A stretch of DNA of 64,000 nucleotides from Eledone cirrhosa (GCA_964016885.1 OZ024741.1:325438001-325502000); one strand, 5' to 3'; positions 40,660 to 56,473 are shown, numbered from the stretch's first letter. The notes: generated by a model from the letters alone, not told the origin. A program made the numbers and translations.

Positions 40660-41430
40660 GTGGGGTTATGCAAAACACCAGCGACTAATGCCGTCCGGCG
40701 GTGTCCAGCAGAAGGGTGACAATCGTGGATGCACATTTCGAACTGAACTGGTTCTCATCTGCACGGTACCTTCCTTTGTTCAACGGAATTTTCATGGACA
40801 TAAGACGCTCAGTAATCCCCACTGGGAATTCTTCCAATTTATCCACAATAACAGTCTTAACAGTAAATGCTACCTCAGCATCTCTTCTAATTCCTTCATC
40901 TCTCCCTTTCCAAAAGAATGTATATATTTCCACAAAATTCTGTAAGATGACCACCTCCAGCTAACTTCGTCTCGGATAAAGCAACGATGTCAAGATCGTA
41001 ACGACAAAGCTCCTTTACTACAAGAGCGGTCCTTCGTTCAGGACGTTCTGAGGAATCTCTGTCAAGCAGTGTCCGTACGTTCCAACAGCCAATATTCAAT
41101 GTTTTGTTTGGTTCTATCACAGTGGCACGATGACGGCCGGACCCAGGCTGTGATGCGCTGGGGCCCTTGCTGGGCCAGGCCGTTTCACCTGGTGTGCTTC
41201 TAGAGCCCTTATTGGCAATTATCTCTTTTATGCTGTTTTGGGACATCATTGAATTGGTTGCTTTTTAAGGCAACAGGCAGCCATTCAGTTGAAAAAAAAA
41301 AATAACACTATTAATAATTATTAATTAATGGTATCGTGCAATGCTTGAGCTTGAAGATTTTTTAAAGTGAGGAAAGACTATGCACTGAGTCAATCTCACT
41401 CTCTGAGCGACTGTAGCTATAACCCGAAAA
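40660..41430 (-). pseudogene. RTE-clade LINE 5' region with APE endonuclease N-terminus
   Basis: LNIGCWNVRTLLD...PERRTALVVKELCRYDLDIVALSETKL; YTFFWKG...VAF.VK...ITERLMSMKIPL. Confidence 0.85.
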
Positions 41431-41640
41431 GAAGAAAAGATCAGCATCATTGGTAACTACTGAGCTGCAGGGTTTATGTCGGAGTTATCCCAGTTTCCCG
41501 AGTTGCCATCGCCTAGTGACACCCACACATACAACACACACATACAGACATACAGACCCCCCTGACACACTCCCTGACACAGGCACACACACAAACACTA
41601 ACGCTTACAAACAAACACACACACACCACTCACTTACACT

Positions 41641-41741
<101 letters not shown>

Positions 41742-41768
41742 GTTACTGTCATTATTAATCTCAGTTAT

Positions 41769-41960
41769 GGGCGGTGGATTGGCAGTATCGGTAGAGATTC
41801 GGACGCCATGCTTTGACGCATAGAGTTACGGCCCTTGCCATTCTGAGTTCAAATCCCGCCGAGGTTAACTTTGCCTTTCATCCTTACGGGGTCGATAAAA
41901 TAAAGTACCAGTAATGTACTAGGTAATTGCTGGCCTTGTGCCAATAGTAGAAACAATTAT
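41769..41960 (+). mobile_element. Family A SINE
   Basis: Full-length with A/B boxes and the conserved core. Confidence 0.85.
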
Positions 41961-43029
41961 TAATACTATAGATGTGGCAACTGTTGTCCTTTGAAAGAGT
42001 GGGTACAATTGAAGCTGGTAGTGTGTTGCTGTTTAGATTTATCGTTTCGTTCTGGTTGTTTTCATAAGGTTTGATCGTTGACCGAGTGGTGGTGGTGGTG
42101 GCAGTTGATGTTGTTGTTTGGCTTTTTACCGTTTGATGCCGCTGTTGTTGTAGATGTTGGTGTTGTTCCTTTTCATGTTGTAAATATTGGTATTGTTATT
42201 CCTTTTGATGCTGTTATTGCTGTAAATATCGGTGTTGGTATTCGTTCTGATATGTTGTTGCTGTAAATATCGGTGTTGTTGTTCATTCTGATATGTTGTT
42301 GTTGTTGTAGATGTAGGTGTTCGTTGATCGTTGATCGTTTTGACTGAGTGGTGGTGATGACTGTGGATGTTCGACTATTTATCACACATTCAACACTCAG
42401 AAGGGGAGTTTGGTAGCAGGTCAGTGACTCTAGTCTAAAAATAGGTTGGGGATTGATTTGTGTGAGTGTAAATGTGGTGGCGTGGAGGAAGTGGATGCAA
42501 TTGTGGTGGTGGGGGCAGAAATATGTATCTCTTTCATCTGTTCGTTTACTTTTAAAAAATTGAAATTTAGTCATATTTAATTAAAAAGCATTAGGGTGTA
42601 AATAAAATGTAATCAACGATTACATTGGGAAAAATCTATAAAAATATTTATGCAAATTTAACAACTCCTGCCAGGTTTTTTGCTGAGACAAGTGGGCAAT
42701 AATTTGTCGAAACCATACATACATTTCATCTTGTCTGTTGATAGCCATTTCAACAACTCAATCATTCCTGCAAATCTGCATCCTTACGTGTGTTCGGAGG
42801 TGACTCAATCCAGCAACTAACGGTACTGAAACCATTCCAGCATAGGATACAGCAACACAGGTGACGGAGGAACCGTGACTGCTCACGTCTATACTACACC
42901 AACCGAGGTGACGAAACTACGTACATACATACATATATACATACATACAGATATACATAGACGAATCTAAATTTACATGTTTACATAGATACGTATATAC
43001 ACATACTTACATAGATACATCAATACATT

Positions 43030-43680
43030 AATACATAATGACTGCATCTCACTTTTGAGTACTATCATCCCTTGACCTTTTCCTCAAACATGGGTGGCAC
43101 GAACATGACTATCTAGATCTTCCAAAGACTTAGAACCCTTTTTTCATATGCTGCAGCGAAAGAAAAGAGAAAAGGCCATGTCCACGCAACACACGTGAAA
43201 GCCGTATAGATCAAGTGATGCGTGTTTTTAAAGCTTTTCTATGTGATGAAAGGCCTTGCACTGGACCAGTCCTACTCTATGAACAACGGCACCAGGAATC
43301 CAAAAATAAGAACAGATCCACATTATTGGCCGCCATCGAGTCGCAGGTTTTACATCAAAGTTTTCCATCTCCTAGAATGATGTTTAACAAGAACAAGGGG
43401 TCTCTCACTCCCGGTGGACAAACCATGCGTTCGGACACCAAACCGAGTATTTCCATGTCCCCACGCATACTTACATAAACACAGACAAACATACGTATAT
43501 ACATACATGTTGAGTTCCTCCCCCCTTTTCCGGGTCTTGTATTTCATCCCGCAGGGTATCCAAATATTACCCTCCTCACAAAACAAGCTTGGTGGGTTGT
43601 CGGTTTAGTCGTCGACGACTCGACCATGAGACAGGTTATACTGGGTTACATGTTACCAATACCACTCGAGAGCAACCTGA
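43030..43680 (-). mobile_element. Variant non-autonomous retroelement sharing the family F head
   Basis: 43562-43680 matches the head of 46646-47250 (ggtaacatgta...acctgtc.catggtcg.gtcg...gactaaac); the body differs; (TACA)n flank. Confidence 0.55.
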
Positions 43681-43748
43681 TACATACATACATACATACA
43701 TACATACATACATACATACATACATACATACATACATACATACATACA

Positions 43749-43782
<34 letters not shown>

Positions 43783-43789
43783 CATCAAT

Positions 43790-45085
43790 ACTTATGCTGT
43801 GCCAATTCTAACGCCAACATTTGGCCTGCTGAACTGGTCATTGCAAAAACTAAGTGAGATGGATGTTAGAACTCGAAAACTTCTCAGTGTTACTGGGAAC
43901 TTTAACATCAATGGTGATGTGGATAGGCTATACTTCTCACGCAAGGAAGGTGGCCGGGGTCTAAAATCAATATTAACAACATATGAGACCCGGATAGTAA
44001 CACTGAAGCAACACCTTCAACAGAGGAAAAAGGTTGGCAACCATCTTGCCCAGGTTTATGAGCATAAAAAAAAAAAAATATCATTAGAATAGCGACTGAT
44101 CTGGAGGGGAGATATGGAATAAAGCCTGATATAAATCTCTCACCCAGAGAAATCGGAAGATCCTATTCAATGTTCAAACAAGATAAAGAAATTGACCAAT
44201 TTACAGAAAAAGTTGTGCATGGATACTTGAGGCGTAAAACACAGACCATAGAGGGAATAAACCACTCAAAAAGCCTGGCATGGAGTTCCGATAAACCACT
44301 CAAAAAGCCTGGCATGGAGTTCCGAGTTTATGACATCACACATTGAGGGATATCTCTATGCAATACAGGAACAAGAACTCCCTACCAAATATCTGCTGCA
44401 CAAAAGATGAGAGCCAGCAGCTGACAATAAATGTAGGCTATGTAAAACAAAGATCGAGGATGTAAGCCACATTGTTGCCAGCTGCGAAAGAATGTCATCT
44501 CGCTACTACCTGCCCATGAGACACGATGGGATAGCTAAAACCATCTGGAACGCACTTCGGAAAACAAAATTAACAACAAACGAGGAAGAATATATTGAGA
44601 CAGATGGCACTAAGGAATACTGGTGGAACCTGAAAATAAAAACTGCCACCAAATTAAAGCACAACCGGCCTGATATTGTTGTTTGGGACCACACATTGAA
44701 AACGTGTTCTGTTGTGGAAATCAGCTGCCCACTTGATGTAAACGTTGTCAGAAAAATACAGGAGAAGGAGGACATCTACGGACCAATGATGAGGAGTTTA
44801 CAAATCCAGTATCCAAGATACACCGTTAGCTTCATACCCATCATTATTGGAGCTACGGGTTATATACCAACCCGCTTGGACCAAAGTATGACTGAACTTG
44901 GATTTGCGGACAAAAAGCGCAGCTCCCTAATTCATAGTCTACAAATGGCTGCGATAGCTGGCACCTTCAAAATTTGCAAACCATTCTTGCGATTCAAGGG
45001 ATGACAATTTCTTTTCTTTTACAACCTTGCCACCAGGAAAGTGGCCGGTCAAAAAAATATACTCGAAATTAAGAGAAAGTGAAAA
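43790..45085 (+). pseudogene. R4/Dong-like (restriction-like endonuclease) non-LTR element, 5'-truncated
   Basis: YAVPIL; DVRTRKLL; DVDRLY.SRKEGGRGL; CRLC...EDVSHIVASC; RHD; NRPDIVVWD...VVEISCP...K...Y. Confidence 0.88.
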
Positions 45086-45660
45086 AATATATACATACAT
45101 ATACATGCATGCATACATACGTACATATATACATACTTACATAAATATTTACAAACATACATACATGCGTATAAACAAACCCAAAACACGACCCGATTAA
45201 TTTCACCTGTTTGGTATCTGGAGAAAATATCAAAGTACATCAACGTCACAGAATCCCTCCTTACCACTGAGTAAATTAAAAACAACCCCATCACCACCTC
45301 CACACCCACCACTAACGACACGACAAGGACAACAATAACAGCACCGACAACGACTACAACATCACTACCACCAACGACAACGACGACTACAACCCTACCA
45401 CCACTACAGGCACCACTACCGTCGATGACAACAACGACAAAGACTGCTACATCAACCCCATCCAACTGCCAGCCCTACCACCTCCAACGACAACAACAAC
45501 TGCAACAACCACTACAACAATAACAACACTCCTATTCTTGCAAGTCATAAATATACAAGAAATAAAATATTTCTAAAAATCTAAAAATTGGCGCAAGGCC
45601 AGGAAATGTTTTACTTATCAAAAGTTATATGTGGAGAAATTAGCAGCGTTTGTGTGTGTA

Positions 45661-45744
<84 letters not shown>

Positions 45745-45764
45745 CACACAAACACACCCAGGCA

Positions 45765-45798
<34 letters not shown>

Positions 45799-45858
45799 CG
45801 TGAAACTAATAAGACTGTATTTGCATCTGTCTTCTCTAATCTTGAACTATCTATCTAC

Positions 45859-45906
<48 letters not shown>

Positions 45907-45953
45907 ATACACACACACACACATACACACACACACATATATATATATACATT

Positions 45954-45999
<46 letters not shown>

Positions 46000-46009
46000 T
46001 ATATATATG

Positions 46010-46091
<82 letters not shown>

Positions 46092-46645
46092 TATATATGT
46101 GTGTCTGTATATATATAAATATATATATATATATGATATGATTTGATATAATATTATTGATTATATAACGACGTTCATTAAACATTAAAACAGGTACGAA
46201 TAGAGGAAAGTTTACACAAAGGTCAGACTTAGAGCTATGGTGTATTTGGTGTATTTAAACTTTGACATTTTACACTTCGATATTAATTTCTCGGTAAACA
46301 CCTTATATTTTTTTCGGTGGTGATTTTGTGTGAGATCTTGCTTTTGTTTTGCTTATTTCTTTTGTTATTGCTTTTTGTTTCAGGTGTTATTGTCATTGAT
46401 ATACGTATATTAGGCGCATGAATGGTTGAGTCTGTGTGGCAAAGGAGTTCGTTACGCGACCATTTGATTCTAGGTTCATTTCTGTTTAGCGGCAGATCAA
46501 GCAAGTGTTTTCTACTTTAGCCGCGATTCAACTAATGCCTCATGAGTCGAATTTGGTTTGTGGAAACTGCAGAATCCCGTCATGCATGTATGTATGTATG
46601 TATGTATGTATGTATGTATGTATGTATGTATGTATGTATGTATGT

Positions 46646-47249
46646 GTCAGGTCACCACTTGGTGTTACTGGTAACATGTATTCCAGTACAACCTGTCCCA
46701 TGGTCGGGTCGTTGGCGACTAAACTGGCAACCCCACCAAGGTTTCTTGGTGAGGAGGTGACTTTGGCCATCCTGCAGGACTAAAAACAAAACCTGTCAAA
46801 GGGCAAAGGAACTCTTAAGAGTCAATGGCCATCCAAAATCACCGGGAGAGATGACCACTGAGCCTTTGTCAAGGCAGAATTCTAGGCGAAGGAAAACTCT
46901 GATATAACACCTGCAACCCTGATGGTATCCAATGATGTTGACTTGTTCTTCTTTTTGGTAAATATCATCTTGGTTAAGAGAGTGGGACTGGCTTTGTGCA
47001 GTGCTTTTGCTCACTATAAAAGCTTCACGGCACAGGCATTGCTTTATATCTGGAGATCTCTCTGCACTTGTCGTCACATGGTACCATGGGCCCAGCACTG
47101 TGTCAATAATTGTCACAAGTGTAGTGTTTGTACCAGAGATTTCAAGTCGCTGGCTGGACTAAAAAGTCACACTCGTCAGCGCATCGGTAGGCGTTCTCCC
47201 TCATGGATATAAAGTAGTGGCCGTACTAGAAAACGAGTTGGCAGCCACC
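46646..47249 (+). mobile_element. Non-autonomous retroelement family F (~600 bp) with RTE-like 3' end and (ATGT)n tail
   Basis: Near-identical copies at 55046-55612 and 62043-62620. The 3' part encodes [21 protein letters not shown]. Confidence 0.8.
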
Positions 47250-47322
47250 ATGTATGTATGTATGTATGTATGCATCTATCTATCTATGTACATAAATACA
47301 TACATGCATACATACATATACA

Positions 47323-47374
<52 letters not shown>

Positions 47375-47449
47375 CGTATATATATATCTATATCTATATA
47401 TATATATCTATATATATATCTATATATATCTATTTATATCTATATATAT

Positions 47450-48113
47450 GTGTAGAAAATTATTTGGTTTACACCCCCTTCTTTCTAACTGTCAAAACTA
47501 ATGTAGGAAGGACATTCCTTGACCTCTAGATAAGCATTTCCCCCAATCATAGATGTTATAAGATATTTAATAGAAATGTAGTTAAAATTAGTTACTCTTG
47601 CTGCCCATCTATGAAGTCTAAAATCATCAACTCTAATCGTACGAGAATAAATCCAGGATGCACTTGCAGAAAGCCGGATGAATGCCCATTACAGGGCAAA
47701 TGTAACACCAAATCCGTTGTATATGAGGCCAAAGTAAAACCTTTGATTAACAACCAGCCAGGAGTGATCGATATGTTGGTATGACTCAAGACATGTTCAA
47801 AATCAGGTTTTATGCACATGTCGCTTCTTTTAAACACTCCGATAAAAGAACAGCAACGGCCCTCGCTAATAAGGTGTGGGAATTCATCCCGTACTCTATC
47901 GATTGGTCTATTTTAGACCATTCGAGGGAATACCAAAAGGGCACAAAGAATTGTTCTTTGTGTACCACTGAAAAATTTAGAATTCTACAGAATTTGAAAG
48001 CTACTTCAACTTGCCTTAACTGCAAGACCGAGATCTTCAGATGTTGTCCTCACCTGAAATCACATTTGCTCTGTAACTGGATTGACATTCCTACGATGAC
48101 TCAACCAGCTTGA
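47450..48113 (+). pseudogene. PLE GIY-YIG endonuclease fragment (frameshifted)
   Basis: IIWFTPP; CTCRKPDECPLQGKC; VVYEA; FKIRFYAH; CSLCTTEK...LNCKTEIFRCCPH. Confidence 0.85.
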
Positions 48114-48388
48114 ACTTCTTCTTTGCTACGATGACTTAACCACCTTGCACTTCTTCTTTGGTCTTTACGCCTTACATCTACGACGACTTTTTTACTGTCT
48201 GAACTCACTTTCTGTACCCTTATTTTCTCTTTCTCTCTTATCTCCTCTTATTTTTAAACTTTTTCTTATGTTATTTATTTTCCTTATTCCCACCTACTCT
48301 CTACATTACCCTTTACATACCCACCCCCTTTTGATTTTTAGATATTAATTTTACGTGTATGTATGTTGTCGTGTATATGTGTATATAA

Positions 48389-48434
<46 letters not shown>

Positions 48435-48864
48435 ATGTATACATTTTTATATATATGTGTATGTGTATGTATGTATATATATATATATGTGTGTTTATAT
48501 GTGTGCGTGTATGTATTTTTATTTATGTAGTGTTGTAACCCTTTGTACTTATTTGTATGTGTATATTAGTGTGTGTATATATATACATATATATATATGT
48601 GTATATATATATGTATATATATATATGTATATGTATTTGTATGTAGTTGGTTGTGTGTGTGTGTGTGTGTATGTATGGTTTTGTATTTATATGCATAATT
48701 ACATACAGAGTTTTTTAATGCTTACTTTTATTGATTATTTGCTCCAGGAACTGTTGAGTTTTCTTAATCAGCTATAAACATTTATACCTTTATTTTTTAT
48801 TTGTCGTATGCCCTACTATTTGAATACCCCTTCCTTCCCTTTATTTTTATTTTGTGTGTGTATG

Positions 48865-48917
<53 letters not shown>

Positions 48918-48946
48918 GTATATATATGTATGTGTATGTATATGTA

Positions 48947-48987
<41 letters not shown>

Positions 48988-49123
48988 GTATATACATGTA
49001 TGTGTATGTATATGTATATATGTATATATGTATACATAACATTGAAAATAAATATATATATATATATGTGTATATGTGTGTATGTATGTATGTTTATATA
49101 TATATGTATATGTGTGCGTGTAC

Positions 49124-49215
<92 letters not shown>

Positions 49216-49565
49216 ATGTGTGTAGGTGTGTATATGTATATATATATATATATATATTTACGTGTATATATATATATATATATATATGCGTGCGTGTGTA
49301 CGTACTTTTGCGTATGTGTGTATGTAACTTTATAGTTTATATTTTTGTTTATATCTAAGAATTTTTATACTATATATGTGTATGTTATTTACATTTATGA
49401 GTGCGTGTATATGTATTTGTATGTATACACTCTCTTGTGTCTGTACTGTGGTTATATGTATGGGGTGTGCTTATATATTTTTATATGTATGCGTACGTGT
49501 GTGTGTATTTATTTATATATGTGTGTGTGTATATATATATATATGTATGTGTGTATGTGCACATA

Positions 49566-49672
<107 letters not shown>

Positions 49673-49713
49673 ATATATATATATATATATATTTTATATA
49701 TATATATATTTAG

Positions 49714-51796
49714 TTTTTAGTGAAAGAGTGGAGCTGGTACCCCTCCCTGACCTCACAGAATCAGACATGGAGTGTGAGGTGGGAGAGGGATGGCAAAAGG
49801 TCGCAAGAAAGCACAAACGCAGAAGCAGCGCATCGTCGCCTTCGAAAAGGGAAGAAAGAAATGAAAAAAGGGTAAAGGCTACTGCAAAGAGACTCACAGC
49901 AGCAACAGCACCAACACCATCACCACCCACACGAGCACCACCATCACTACCGGCGACAACCCCACCGCCAACAACAACAACACCTTCAACACCACCAACA
50001 CAAGCAGCAACATCGCAAACAACAACAAAACACACACACCCAGCAACAACGACAAGAAAATAGCAGAACCACACCCACCCCCAGAAAAACAAATGCACGG
50101 CAATAAATACACACAACAAGAAACTAATGACTTACATAATTGAACACACAGACATTTCACAGCACGACTACATAATACCAGCACCAATCAAAACACCAAC
50201 GAACATAAGACTGGTGAGAATTACACAGAAACAATACACAAACATTAAAACGAAATTCCCCAACGCAGTTGGTGATTTTAGAGACCTAGGAGGGACTCTC
50301 AACCGGAGAGTATATTCGGACATACTCAAAGAAGAGCCGACGACCAGCCGAAGGGACGATTCAACGGTCCCTTCACCAGACGATCAAGTGAAAAGGGATG
50401 GAGAAACCATCCTTCCTCTACGAAAAGTACGGTAAGTGCTCTTTCCCATCTTTTCCACTCCATTTTAAACATGACCTCACTCAGAATAGGCAGCATAAAT
50501 GCGCGTGGCTTGGGGTCGTCATGGAAACAGGGCCACCTGCTCAACGACCTCAGGTCACTAAACATAGATGTAGTGGCCATCAGCGAGACCAGAATCTCCG
50601 AAGCACGGGCCTTCGCACCGATCTTCAGCGACTACGATGTGTACGCATCTCCCAGCCGTTCTGGATCGGGTGGAGGAGTTGCTGTGCTTTTTCGGAGAGG
50701 TTTGGATCTCGCCATACGGGCCATCTTCCTGGACCCAGAGGGTAAGCTGGTGGTGCTGGACGTGACCAGCGGAGACGGGCAAGCTTTCAGGTTAGTGGCC
50801 GTCTATGCCCCGACAGGACCAGGGCGGCCTGATTTCTTCCGGCGTCTGGAGACCTTTCTTGGAACGTCCCGCTCTTTAGTGTTAGTGGGCGACTGGAACG
50901 GGATCTTAGATGCACGCTGGGACTGTGTGGGATTAGCGGATAGGGGAGGAGGGTGAAAGAGCCTCACCAACCTGCTCAGGCGTTTTGAACTGTCTGACCG
51001 GTACCTATTGGATTTCCCGAATGTGCCAATGTGGACTTGGACAAATCGCATAGGGTCATCCAGATCATATCTAGATAGAGTATTTTGTAGGGAAATAGAT
51101 AGGTCTAGCATAGGCTGTCCACAATTCAAGATAGTCAGCTACACGGACCACAAATTCGTGATCTGTGTGCTTGACTTAGATAGGCTTCATAGACGAGGAC
51201 CCGGCTACTGGAAGCTAAACGCGTCCTTACCAGTGCGCAAAGCCTACAGAGACCGGATTAGCGAACTAGTTAAGCGGGTGTTGACGGGGGCCATCGTCAA
51301 CAACAAGTGGTGGTTTGCTCTGAAAAGAGCGATTAGAATAGAGTCCATTAGGTTTAGTAAGGCTTTAGCAATAGAGAAAAATAGAGCAGAGGGAGAACTA
51401 GTTAGAAAATTAGACGAGGCGCTTAGCAAAGGCATCGCGACCGACGTGCTTGCGGCGAAATTGGCCCTTGACCAATTCTTCAATGCAAAGTACGAAGGCT
51501 GCGTTGTCAGAGCTAGGGTGCGTGCTCTCAGACACGAGGGGACGAAAGCCGCTCAATGGGCCCGAGTGGCGGAGGCGCGTCGTGGCAACAAAGCCACGAT
51601 CCGGTCTTTGGTGGACCACGACGGGCGCATGCTACCCGATCCCAGGCAAATGTGTGAAGCTTTTCAGCGACACTTCGGTCAACTGTTCGGGGGCAGCGGC
51701 GGGCCGGGTCGAGGGATGGACTTTAGTGTCTACCTCGACTGACTGCCGCAGCTCTCGGCCACTGAGGCGGAGTGTTGCGAAAAGCCGATAACAGCC
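49714..51796 (+). pseudogene. 5' half of a Tx1/L1-like LINE (ORF1-like remnant 49767-50435; ORF2 from ATG 50471, in-frame stops at 50954 and 51740)
   Basis: MTSLRIGSINARGL, AISET, GGVAVL, VAVYAPT, GDWN, SYLDR and TDH; clearly homologous to 2620-3570. Confidence 0.9.
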
Positions 51797-52682
51797 AAGT
51801 ATTATTCCTAATAACAAAAATAACATATATAAGAGAAACTCTATTAATTATAATTCAAACACACATACGCTAAATAAATCGAGAATACGAACTAGTTCTA
51901 AACCAGTCATATGGTTTGCACCCCCAGCTTCGGTCGCAGTTAAAACACCAATCGCAAAACTATTCTTTAAAGCTCTTGACACCTCTTTCCCTACTCAACA
52001 TAAATACCATTCCATTTTTAATAGACATACCATTAAATTCTCGTATTCTACAACCAGTAACATGGCCCAAAACATCGCCAAATTAAACGCAAAAATCCTA
52101 AAACCAAACCAACATAATAATCATAATAATAGAGTTAACATTAATGATACTAAACCAAAATGTAATTGTAGAAATAAAACTAATTGCCCTTTGCAAAATA
52201 ATTGTTTAGATAGTAATTTGGTTTATAAATGCACCGTAAAAACTGATCACAAAACATATAATTACATTGGATCGACCTCGTCCACATTCAAAGTGCGTTT
52301 TGCGAACCATAAATGATCATTGTCGAACTCTAAGAGGAAATCATCCACGTCTTTATCACAGCTCATATGATCTTTAAAAGAGAAGAATTTAAAATACTAC
52401 ATTCTTTGGACAAAACTTCGGAACTGTGGAATTTACCGCAACTCTAGTATATCAAATAACTTCCCGCTCTGTACAATGGAGACCCTGTTGATTATTAATA
52501 ACTATGAGACCCTAATTAACAAAAAAAGTGAACTATTCTCTAGTTGCCTCCATAAAGCTAGGTCCACGTTTTTAGCCTCACATAAAACGAGAAAGAAAGA
52601 AACAATAACATCAAACCAATAATAACTTGGTTACCAGGAATATATAATCAACAGTAAAAAAACACAAATGGCCTTTAATATT

Positions 52683-52830
52683 TGTTTCTACTTTAGGCAC
52701 AAGGCCAGCAAATTACCCAGTTCATTACTGGTACTTTATTTTATCGACCCCGTAAGGATGAAAGGCAAAGTCAACCTCGGCGGGATTTGAACTCAGATCG
52801 TAAAGGGACGTAACTATGCTGGAAAGCATG
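52683..52830 (-). mobile_element. 5'-truncated family A SINE nested in PLE-G with a 15-bp TSD
   Basis: atggcctttaatatt at 52668-52682 and 52828-52842. Confidence 0.88.
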
Positions 52831-52957
52831 GCCTTTAATATTGCTTTATTTTATAACTATCTATAGAAGAAACAACGCTAGAATGAATGGTATGTGTTCA
52901 ATAACATGCCTAAACATTGGTACACACAACATTTATAATATAATGTATTATAATAAG

Positions 52958-53384
52958 TATGTAGTTATATATTATATTTTATATATTTTTAAATATTTTT
53001 AAATATACCTACCACATTTCTATATATATAATTCAAATATAGAGAAAATATCCAAGCAAAAATTATTATAGACATTATTTTGAACTCTGAATTATCCATA
53101 CACTCATTGTTGTTTTTCTTATATATATATGTATTTAAATGTAACACGTTGAACTATACCTATGTAGTTATATATTATATTTTATATATTTTGAAATATT
53201 TTTGAAATATTTTGAAATATTTTAAAATATACCTACCACATTTCTATATATATGATTCAAATATAGAGAAAATATCCGAACTAAAAATTATTATAGACAT
53301 TATTTTGAACTCTGAATTATCCATACACTCATTGTTGTTTTTCTTATATATATATGTATTTAAATGTAACACGTTGAACTATAC
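52958..53384. repeat. Tandem duplication (~200-220 bp) in the PLE-G 3' UTR
   Basis: tatgtagttatatatt...gttgaactatacc occurs twice. Confidence 0.9.
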
Positions 53385-54254
53385 CTTATAAAATTATAAC
53401 TATTATCATTTACCTAAAGTATACTACACTGATAATACCTAATATATATATATCTATATATATACCTCCCTGTATCTAATAATATGTTGATATCTTGGTT
53501 GAAGAATAACTAGTGCATTTACACCCAACTATACATAGGTATATATTTATCCTTAACATCCTTCAATCTATTATCTTATTTTATCTTTATCTTCGTCGTT
53601 ATTATTTACCTTAAACATACTGGCTCATTAATATATACCTATATACATAATAGTTATTTAAATATTTATAACAATAAGTACTTCAAAAGCTTTACATACC
53701 TAATATGTTGGTCTATTTTTTAAAGTTTGAATTTAGGTAAATAATCAACAGTATATTATTTCACTTTTTATGTGCCAGCTAAATACTTTAAATGTTACCC
53801 TCATAAAATTCAGAAGTTTAGAAATGATAACACACTTATCGAATTTATAAAAATAATATATAAATAACCAGCAAATAATCCTGAAATCTGGAGTCTTGAC
53901 TCTAATATTATAAATTAAATATTTTCAAATTTAACCGTTTAACTTTCGGAAAAAATCTCCTTCTGCATATATCACCCGCCCCCTTTATTTTTCCCTCTTT
54001 ATAAATCCTTTTCCAGTGGCTATCACTCGCTGTTATGATTCATGAGACGTTTTCCTAGATATATCGTAGTATCATACACTTTAAAACTTTTAGAACATTT
54101 ACATTATGCAACGTTTTTTCTTACACATTCTCTAATGAATTTATTACCTTTTCGCATTTTCTTATAAATAGGCTATATAAGTAAAATTTTCTCTTGGGTT
54201 AATCACTACCTTGATTAAATCTTAACCATTTCATCTCAGGGTATGTCATGTATC

Positions 54255-54317
54255 ATTATATTTTGTATGATGAGGACGTACTGTTGTACATCCGAAATAT
54301 GTATAATAAAATGTAAT
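54255..54317 (+). ncRNA. Hammerhead motif with C3>A substitution (likely inactive copy)
   Basis: 12-bp stem I auuauauuuugu/auaaaauguaau; aUGAUGA; GGA-c-GUAC-uguu-GUAC-a-UCC; GAAA-uaugua-UA. Confidence 0.7.
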
Positions 54318-54352
54318 TGATCAAAAGAACATCTATTTTATTAATATTTATA

Positions 54353-55023
<671 letters not shown>

Positions 55024-55045
55024 TATATACATATACATATATATA

Positions 55046-55612
55046 TGGTGGCTGCCAACTCGTTTTCGAGTACGGCCACTACTTTATATCCATGTATGAG
55101 AACCCCTACCGATGCGCTGAACGAGTGTGACTTTTTAGTCCAGCCAGCAACTTGAAAACTCTGGTACAAACACTACACTTGTGACAATTATTGACACATA
55201 GTGCTGGGCCCAGGGTACCATGTGACGACAAGTGCAGAGAGATCTCCAGATATAAAGCAATGCCTGTGCCGTGAAGCTTTTATAGTGAGCAAAAGCACTG
55301 CACAAAGCCAGTCCCACTCTCTTAACCAAGATGATATTTACCAAAAAGAAGAACAAGTCAACATCATTGGATACCATCAGGGTTGCAGGTGTTATATCAG
55401 AGTTTTCCTTCTCCTAGAATTCTGCGTTGACAAAGGCTAAGGGGTCATCGCTCCCGGTGATTTTGGATGGCCATTGACTCTTAAGAGCTCCTTTGCCCTT
55501 TGACAGGTTTTGTTTTTAGTCCTGCAGGATGTCCAAAGTCACCCTCCTCACCAAGAAACATTGGTGTGGTTGCCATTTTAGTCGCCAACGACCCGACCAT
55601 GAGACAGGTTGT
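55046..55612 (-). mobile_element. Family F element, slightly 5'-truncated
   Basis: Reverse-complement match to 46686-47249. Confidence 0.85.
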
Positions 55613-55739
55613 ACATACATATATATATACATATACATACATATACATACATACACATATATATATATACATACATACATATATACATATATATACATAC
55701 ACATACATAAATACACACATACATACATATATACATACA

Positions 55740-55930
55740 TGATGGCCGTTGACTCTTATGAGTTCTTCCGCCCTTTGTCAGGTTTTGTTTTTTGTCCTGC
55801 AGGGTGTCCAAAATCACCCTCCTCACCAAGTAAATTTGGTGGGGTTGCCGGTTTAGTCGCCGACGACCCGACCATGCGACAGGTTGTACTGGGTTACATG
55901 TTACCAGTAGCACTCAAGAGTGACCCGACT
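55740..55930 (-). mobile_element. Head-only (~190 bp) family F relative with its own (ATGT)n tail
   Basis: Ends gagtcaacggccatc-atgtatg, at the point where the long form continues. Confidence 0.75.
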
Positions 55931-55986
55931 TAAACATATACATATACATATATATATACATACATATATAAATATATATATGTATG

Positions 55987-56033
<47 letters not shown>

Positions 56034-56093
56034 CAAGGCTCTGATACCATCAACACTATAAACACAGAGCTGGCATATCTAAAAAACTGACTA

Positions 56094-56149
56094 ACTGCCT
56101 GACGAGGTCATAGCCATTCAATGGCTATCATCGAAATATATATAGCAGT
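56094..56149 (+). ncRNA. Canonical minimal type I hammerhead in a ~165-bp (TA)n-flanked insertion (56029-56194)
   Basis: acugc-CUGACGA-ggu-c-auagccau-uca-auggcuau-c-auc-GAAA-uauaua-UA-gcagu, then aAAUAAA. Confidence 0.87.
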
Positions 56150-56191
56150 AAATAAAGGATTATGAGTTCATGCAATTGACTTATGTTTCGT

Positions 56192-56276
<85 letters not shown>

Positions 56277-56421
56277 TATATACATATATATATTTATATA
56301 TGTATGTATATATATATGTATATGTATATATGAAAATTAGAATTGGTGCTCTGAAATACCGATATATATATGAATGTATATATGGTGTATTTTGCAATAC
56401 ACTGTGTGCTTAATTAAAAGC

Positions 56422-56473
<52 letters not shown>

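Noticed and set aside
52314-52370. In-frame TGA codons as possible selenocysteine recoding (known in some PLEs)
   Set aside because: They fall at non-Cys positions (one aligns with a conserved Trp), and I saw no SECIS; ordinary decay is more likely.
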